A DNA stretch of 63,000 bases, the filler included, from Nitrospirae bacterium MYbin3 (GTDB lineage Bacteria > Nitrospirota > Thermodesulfovibrionia > Thermodesulfovibrionales > Dissulfurispiraceae): the NCBI GenBank assembly GCA_002753335.1. It is 3 parts of 3 records of this genome, joined end to end, with 100 filler letters (N's around TTAATTAATTAA, not from the genome) between each part and the next. Parts side by side here need not be neighbours in the genome. Positions count along the whole stretch, not along the records: positions 45,427 to 63,000 come from PEAD01000039.1; 2 more parts are not named here. One strand, written 5' to 3'. Every line of letters begins with the position of its first letter. Within the stretch, counting starts at the first letter, position 1. The notes beneath the pieces were generated by a model, which was not told where the DNA came from, did no database searches, and saw only the letters and a list, made by a program, of their open reading frames with translations. The translations under genes were made by a program, and so were the position numbers. Positions 58,632 to 63,000 of this stretch are shown one piece after another.

Positions 58632-59663
58632 CTAATTGGTGGTGATAGCAACCTTCCTGAGCAGCTCAAGCTTGTCAAGCATCTTTCCGCATCCTCTTAC
58701 AACCGCGGTGAGAGGATCATCAGGCACGATCACAGGAACTCCGGTATGTTCACGGATAAGAATGTCCAGACCTTTAAGCATCGCGCCGCCGCCGGCAAGC
58801 ACGATGCCTTTGTCCACAATATCTGCGGCAAGTTCGGGCGGTGTGTTTTCGAGAGTCACCTTTATGGTGTCTAATATAACTTCGATGCTTTCCTGAAGCG
58901 CTTCGCGGATCTCATCTTCAGAAACAGTTATTGCTTTAGGTATTCCCGAAATCAAGTCGCGCCCTTTTATTTCGGTCGGCTCGCTTTTGTTGGTCTTGTA
59001 AGCAGAGCCCAGCTGGATTTTTATCTGTTCCGAAGTTCGTTCGCCTATCATCAAATTATATTTTCGTTTGATGTAGGCCATTATCGCTTCGTCCATCTTG
59101 TCTCCGCCTACCCTTACAGCCTTGCTGTAAACTATGCCATCTAGCGAAATTACCGCAACATCTGTTGTTCCACCGCCTATATCAACAATCATGTTTCCGG
59201 TTGGTTCGCCTACAGGCAAGCCCACGCCCACTGCGGCGGCCATAGGTTCTTCAATGAGGTAAACCTCTCTTGCGCCGGATGCATGCGCTGCGTCTTTTAC
59301 GGCCCGCTGCTCCACCTGAGTGATTCCGGACGGAACGCCAATTATAACGCGGGGGGAGACAAAGCTTTTTCTGTTGTGGGCCTTGGTGATAAAATATTTC
59401 AGCATCTCTTCCGTAGCGTCAAAGTCAGCGATAACGCCGTCTTTCATCGGCCGGATAGCTACTATATTTGAAGGCGTCTTGCCAAGCATCTCTTTTGCTT
59501 CTAGGCCGACCGCAACGGGTCTTTTGTTGTCTCTGCGTATGACTACGACCGAAGGCTCGTCACAGATAATGCCTTTGCCGTGGACATAGACCAGAGTGTT
59601 AGCGGTTCCTAAGTCTATGGCCAGATCGTTTGAAAACATTCCTAAAAATTTATCTATAAACAA
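58632..59663 (-). CDS. mreB: Actin-like MreB
   Basis: AIDLGTANT, RPMKDGVIADF, DIGGGTT, GGGA; TTG start with AGGAGG RBS. Confidence 0.98.
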   Translation of the reverse strand: MFIDKFLGMFSNDLAIDLGTANTLVYVHGKGIICDEPSVVVIRRDNKRPVAVGLEAKEMLGKTPSNIVAIRPMKDGVIADFDATEEMLKYFITKAHNRKSFVSPRVIIGVPSGITQVEQRAVKDAAHASGAREVYLIEEPMAAAVGVGLPVGEPTGNMIVDIGGGTTDVAVISLDGIVYSKAVRVGGDKMDEAIMAYIKRKYNLMIGERTSEQIKIQLGSAYKTNKSEPTEIKGRDLISGIPKAITVSEDEIREALQESIEVILDTIKVTLENTPPELAADIVDKGIVLAGGGAMLKGLDILIREHTGVPVIVPDDPLTAVVRGCGKMLDKLELLRKVAITTN

Positions 59664-59690
59664 TGCTTCCTCCTGATTGCTCTGTTTTGG

Positions 59691-60095
59691 TTATGCATTT
59701 ACAACTTTTGTGGCTGCAAGGTCGTCGCCGAGCCGCATGCCTTGACTATTGCCCAACATTAACAGAAATTCGAAAACAACGATGCCCAGCGCTAAAATCC
59801 ACCCAAAAAAAGGTATGGCATAGACCAGCAAAGCAGAAGCAACTATCGAGTTTCTGAGAATTGAATCCCTGAAATCTCCAGCCCGTCCGTCTTTTACCGA
59901 AACAACCTTAAGCCGCATAATTTTTTTGCCCAAACTTCTTCCGTCGAAGAGGCCGTCGCTTATAAGCAGATAAATGATTCCGGCAAGGTAACCTGTCTGG
60001 TGGACAATACTGACCGCCGCTGCAATAATTACTAAGTCAACAGCTTTCGCGAGTATCCTGAGCAAAAGGCTCGCCTTTTCACTATCCTCAGGCAT
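59691..60095 (-). CDS. RDD family membrane protein
   Basis: RILAKAVD, SLGKKIM.L.VV, LRN, RLGD.LA.T.V. Confidence 0.88.
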   Translation of the reverse strand: MPEDSEKASLLLRILAKAVDLVIIAAAVSIVHQTGYLAGIIYLLISDGLFDGRSLGKKIMRLKVVSVKDGRAGDFRDSILRNSIVASALLVYAIPFFGWILALGIVVFEFLLMLGNSQGMRLGDDLAATKVVNA

Positions 60096-60196
60096 CGATA
60101 ATAGTATCAGATGCCCCCGTTCTTTTTCAAGAAGTTGTAAAAAAATACTTAAAGATATTACAATTTAAGTCTATATATAGTATCGATAATTATATT

Positions 60197-61804
60197 ATGG
60201 GAGGGTTGCCGGTGAAAATATGCAAGGCCTTATTGATATTTGTTTTCATTTTTGTTGTTTCTGTACTTTTACCATCTTTTGCTATCGCTGAGGAAAATAT
60301 TCTAGAGCGCGGCATTGCTGAGTACCGGGCAGAAAACTATGAAGAGGCGCTAGATATGTTTTTAAAGGCGCGGCAGCTCTACCCTAATTCTTCGGCGCCC
60401 GCTTTTTTTCTCGGACTTTCATACAAGCAGTCGGGCAGATTCAGTGAGGCTGTCAGATACTACAAAGAGGCTGTTACGCTTACGCCGCCTGTGCCTGATG
60501 CATACATAGAACTTATAGAAGTGTTGATGAACCAAAATGAACTGAAAGAGGCAAAAGAGTGGATAGCCAAAGCTGAAGAAGCAAAAATTAAGCCGCCCAC
60601 CGTCGCATTTTTGAAGGGGCTTGTTTTTATGAAAGAAGACAAAACCAAAGAAGCGATAGAAGCCTTTACAAATGCCAAAAATATGGATAAAGGATTAGCT
60701 CAGGTTGCGGAGTTTCAGATAGCATTGGCTTATACAAAAGCGAATAAGCTTGCTGATGCGAATAGAGCGCTTAAGGCTGTTATATCAGCGGACCCGAACA
60801 CAGACATCGCAAAATTTGCAAAGGAATATGAAAAAAATATTGAAGCTGCGCTCAAGGCGTACAAACCATTCAAGTTTACAATTGGGGCCTCATATCAATA
60901 CGATGACAATGTTATCGGAACACCTTTACACGGGCCATCTAACAATATAACACCTAAAAAACAGGACTACGGTCTTGTAAGTTCTTTTAGCGCAAGCTAT
61001 AACTCTATGCCTTCTGGCCCAATGTTTTACAATGTTCAGTATAATTTAAACAGCACTTACTACAACCATTTTCACGCAAGCAATACAGTGTCAAACACCA
61101 TTTCTTTTATTCCAGGATACAACTTCAGCTTCGGCGGACTTACCGTACCGCTTAGCTACAGCCATTCCTGGCTTGGCAGAACAACTACAATTTTAGATGC
61201 CCCTGACGGAGAGGTTAAAGCGATAAGCCCGTATCAGGAAACCTATTCCATAAAACCATCATTAAATTTTATGTTTCTGCCCGGACATCTCGGACAGCTT
61301 TCGGCCGGATATACCCATAAAGAACTTTTTAGAAGAAACACCACCGCTGCAGAACCGCCGGATTCGGATGAAGACAGAAGCGGTCATTCGCTGAATTGGT
61401 CAGCGGGCTATTTAAAGCCTTTTGCGGGCGGCAAGGGCATGGTTAATGTGAAGTATGAATTTACCAAGGATAATTTGAAGGGTGTGAACTGGATGTCTAA
61501 GTCGGACAAGATCGGCATAACCGCATTAATCCCTTTAAAAGAGAAAATAGATTTGACTCTTTCTCAGGATATTACCTCCCAGAAGTACAGAAACAAAAAT
61601 ACCAATTTGCCTATTGGCGCGAACAACGAAGGCAATATTCAGAGGAAAGACAGGCAGTACAACAGTTCAGCAAGCATTCTCTGGGAAGTCTTCAAAAACA
61701 TTAACCTGAATATTCAGTATGCACGAACCTATTCCTATTCAAACATCGAGATTTACGAAAGCCTTAAGCACACTTACACCATCGGCTTTGAATACAGGTT
61801 TTAG
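60197..61804 (+). CDS. TPR + outer-membrane beta-barrel protein (Slam/DUF560-like architecture)
   Basis: Signal peptide, about 5 TPRs, YDDNV strand, amphipathic strands, terminal IGFEYRF; alternative start GTG 60212. Confidence 0.8.
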   Translation: MGGLPVKICKALLIFVFIFVVSVLLPSFAIAEENILERGIAEYRAENYEEALDMFLKARQLYPNSSAPAFFLGLSYKQSGRFSEAVRYYKEAVTLTPPVPDAYIELIEVLMNQNELKEAKEWIAKAEEAKIKPPTVAFLKGLVFMKEDKTKEAIEAFTNAKNMDKGLAQVAEFQIALAYTKANKLADANRALKAVISADPNTDIAKFAKEYEKNIEAALKAYKPFKFTIGASYQYDDNVIGTPLHGPSNNITPKKQDYGLVSSFSASYNSMPSGPMFYNVQYNLNSTYYNHFHASNTVSNTISFIPGYNFSFGGLTVPLSYSHSWLGRTTTILDAPDGEVKAISPYQETYSIKPSLNFMFLPGHLGQLSAGYTHKELFRRNTTAAEPPDSDEDRSGHSLNWSAGYLKPFAGGKGMVNVKYEFTKDNLKGVNWMSKSDKIGITALIPLKEKIDLTLSQDITSQKYRNKNTNLPIGANNEGNIQRKDRQYNSSASILWEVFKNINLNIQYARTYSYSNIEIYESLKHTYTIGFEYRF

Positions 61805-61828
61805 TGATATGCGTCGGAATACAAAGGA

Positions 61829-61983
61829 AAACCACAGAGTGCACGGAGTTTTTCTCTGTGAGCGCAACTGCTTTAAAAACAAGCAAAAAGCAAAACAAAT
61901 ATTAATGAGGACACAGAGTTGCGAGGGGGATTTTATGGTTTATTTTTTTAAACCTATCAATTACTCTGTGACCTCTGTGGTTT
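61829..61983. repeat. CCACAGAG/CTCTGTGG inverted-repeat element
   Basis: aaaccacagagtgcacggagt ... actctgtgacctctgtggttt, with an internal ctctgtg/cacagag pair. Confidence 0.75.
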
Positions 61984-62079
61984 AAATACGAATTCAAGAT
62001 GTGAAAAGTACCTTGACTATTTGTGTTCAAAGGAATAGGATGAAATTATGAGAGACCGAGATATCAGGAGGAAAGCCCA

Positions 62080-63000
62080 ATGAGAAAATACGGACATAAG
62101 AGATCTTTTTTTGCGATGCGCATGTTTTTAAGCATAGCGCTTCTCGCAGTCTGTCTTGCTGTATTGCCCCACGATGCTTGGAGTGCTGAGCAGATAGGCA
62201 AGATAACCAATGTTGAAGGCAAGGTTGACATCTTGCGCGGCGGCCAGCTTCCTGCTATTATTGCAAACTTGGACGATGCTATTTTTGTAAAGGATGTTAT
62301 AAGGACAAAGAGCGATGGCAAGGCTGAAATCACCTTTGACGACGGCAATGTGGTGAAGGTTGCTCCGAGCAGCAGAATAGATATAGAGGATTATGTTCCG
62401 CATGAAGGAAAGAACAAGGCTGTTATCAAAATGCCGAGAGGCAAAGTGCAGGCAATTGTAAATAAGGATATCATTAAAAAGCTCTCTCTCTCCCCCAAGG
62501 CTTCAGCTTTTGAAGTACATACACCCAACGCGGTTGCAGGTGTTAGAGGCACAGACTTCTTTACTATGCAGACGGTGGTTCAGGGAATAAACATAACCAG
62601 CATTGTGGTAAAAGACGGTCTAGTTGCGACGCACAATCCGAAGTATCCTGATCAAATTGTAATGCTAACTCCCGGAACTGCTACGTCGATTCCAGAAAAC
62701 AGGCCGCCGGCGCCAAAGCAAACGGTTCCTCCGCAGGGGCTAAAAAATCTCGAAACCGACATGACCTTAAAGGAAAGGCCTAAACAAAAGACAGAAGGGC
62801 CGACAACTCAAAAAGATGCGGCAAAAACACCCGAAGCCGGCAAACCCGGAGATAAACCTAAGGAAGTAGCAAAAGCAGATGCGCCTAAACCATCAGGCCC
62901 AAGCGGACCAGCACCAGCACCCGGAGCAGCAATGGGCCCGAGAGGGCCAGCGCCAACCCCCGGAGCGGCAATGGGACCGGGTGGGCCAGCACCAGCGCCT
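62080..63000 (+). CDS. Exported FecR-domain protein with Pro/Gly-rich repeats (runs off the window)
   Basis: AGGAGG RBS, signal peptide, G.IT.VEG.V, D.IRT..DG.A.I.F.DG, FEVHTPNAVAGVRGTDF; missing from the ORF track because it has no stop. Confidence 0.88.
   Translation, partial: MRKYGHKRSFFAMRMFLSIALLAVCLAVLPHDAWSAEQIGKITNVEGKVDILRGGQLPAIIANLDDAIFVKDVIRTKSDGKAEITFDDGNVVKVAPSSRIDIEDYVPHEGKNKAVIKMPRGKVQAIVNKDIIKKLSLSPKASAFEVHTPNAVAGVRGTDFFTMQTVVQGINITSIVVKDGLVATHNPKYPDQIVMLTPGTATSIPENRPPAPKQTVPPQGLKNLETDMTLKERPKQKTEGPTTQKDAAKTPEAGKPGDKPKEVAKADAPKPSGPSGPAPAPGAAMGPRGPAPTPGAAMGPGGPAPAP
62905..63000 (+). repeat. 39-nt (13-aa) tandem repeat GPAP(A/T)PGAAMGPx
   Basis: Units 62905-62943, 62944-62982 and a partial from 62983. 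Confidence 0.85.

Noticed and set aside
1..63000. CRISPR arrays, tRNA/rRNA genes, transposases, prophage genes
   Set aside because: No regularly spaced repeats, cloverleaf or rRNA signatures, or mobile-element protein motifs were seen by eye

Overview
A 63 kb bacterial window of moderate GC, made of three contigs joined by two artificial 100-nt spacers (N44-TTAATTAATTAA-N44 at 23346-23445 and 45327-45426), so adjacency across them is not evidence of linkage. Gene content suggests an anaerobic or microaerotolerant diderm, most likely a Thermodesulfovibrionia-like Nitrospirota (inference, not tested). Segment 1 (1-23345) holds a dense signalling cluster: CheY-like regulator, hemerythrin, three hybrid kinases (one with a periplasmic CxxCH heme-c sensor), a REC-PP2C-kinase plus STAS partner-switch pair and an orphan solute-binding protein. 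It continues with mutL, ftsK, uppP, a GAF kinase with REC-TPR partner, rnj, REC-HD-GYP and a truncated copA. Segment 2 (23446-45326) has an unannotated Cys-rich 52-aa ORF, an iron-sulfur flavoprotein, a Cys-less redoxin-TPR gene split by one in-frame TAG, and an unknown CxxCH protein with a duplicated 100-aa domain. It also has coaD, rsmD, purN, a DEAD-box helicase, reverse rubrerythrin, CYTH, an MBL hydrolase with a PilZ-like-fused sugar transferase, rnr, nadE and a PstS-like protein with a hybrid kinase. Segment 3 (45427-63000) has a selenocysteine formate dehydrogenase with SECIS, a decayed cargo islet bounded by copies of a palindromic element, SOD, ubiX, hemH-hemY, nusB-ribH, the mreBCD-mrdA-rodA operon and a TPR/beta-barrel gene followed by a FecR-domain gene. 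About ten genes look leaderless (-10 hexamer 5-7 nt before the ATG). No rRNA, tRNA, CRISPR array, transposase or integrase was recognised.
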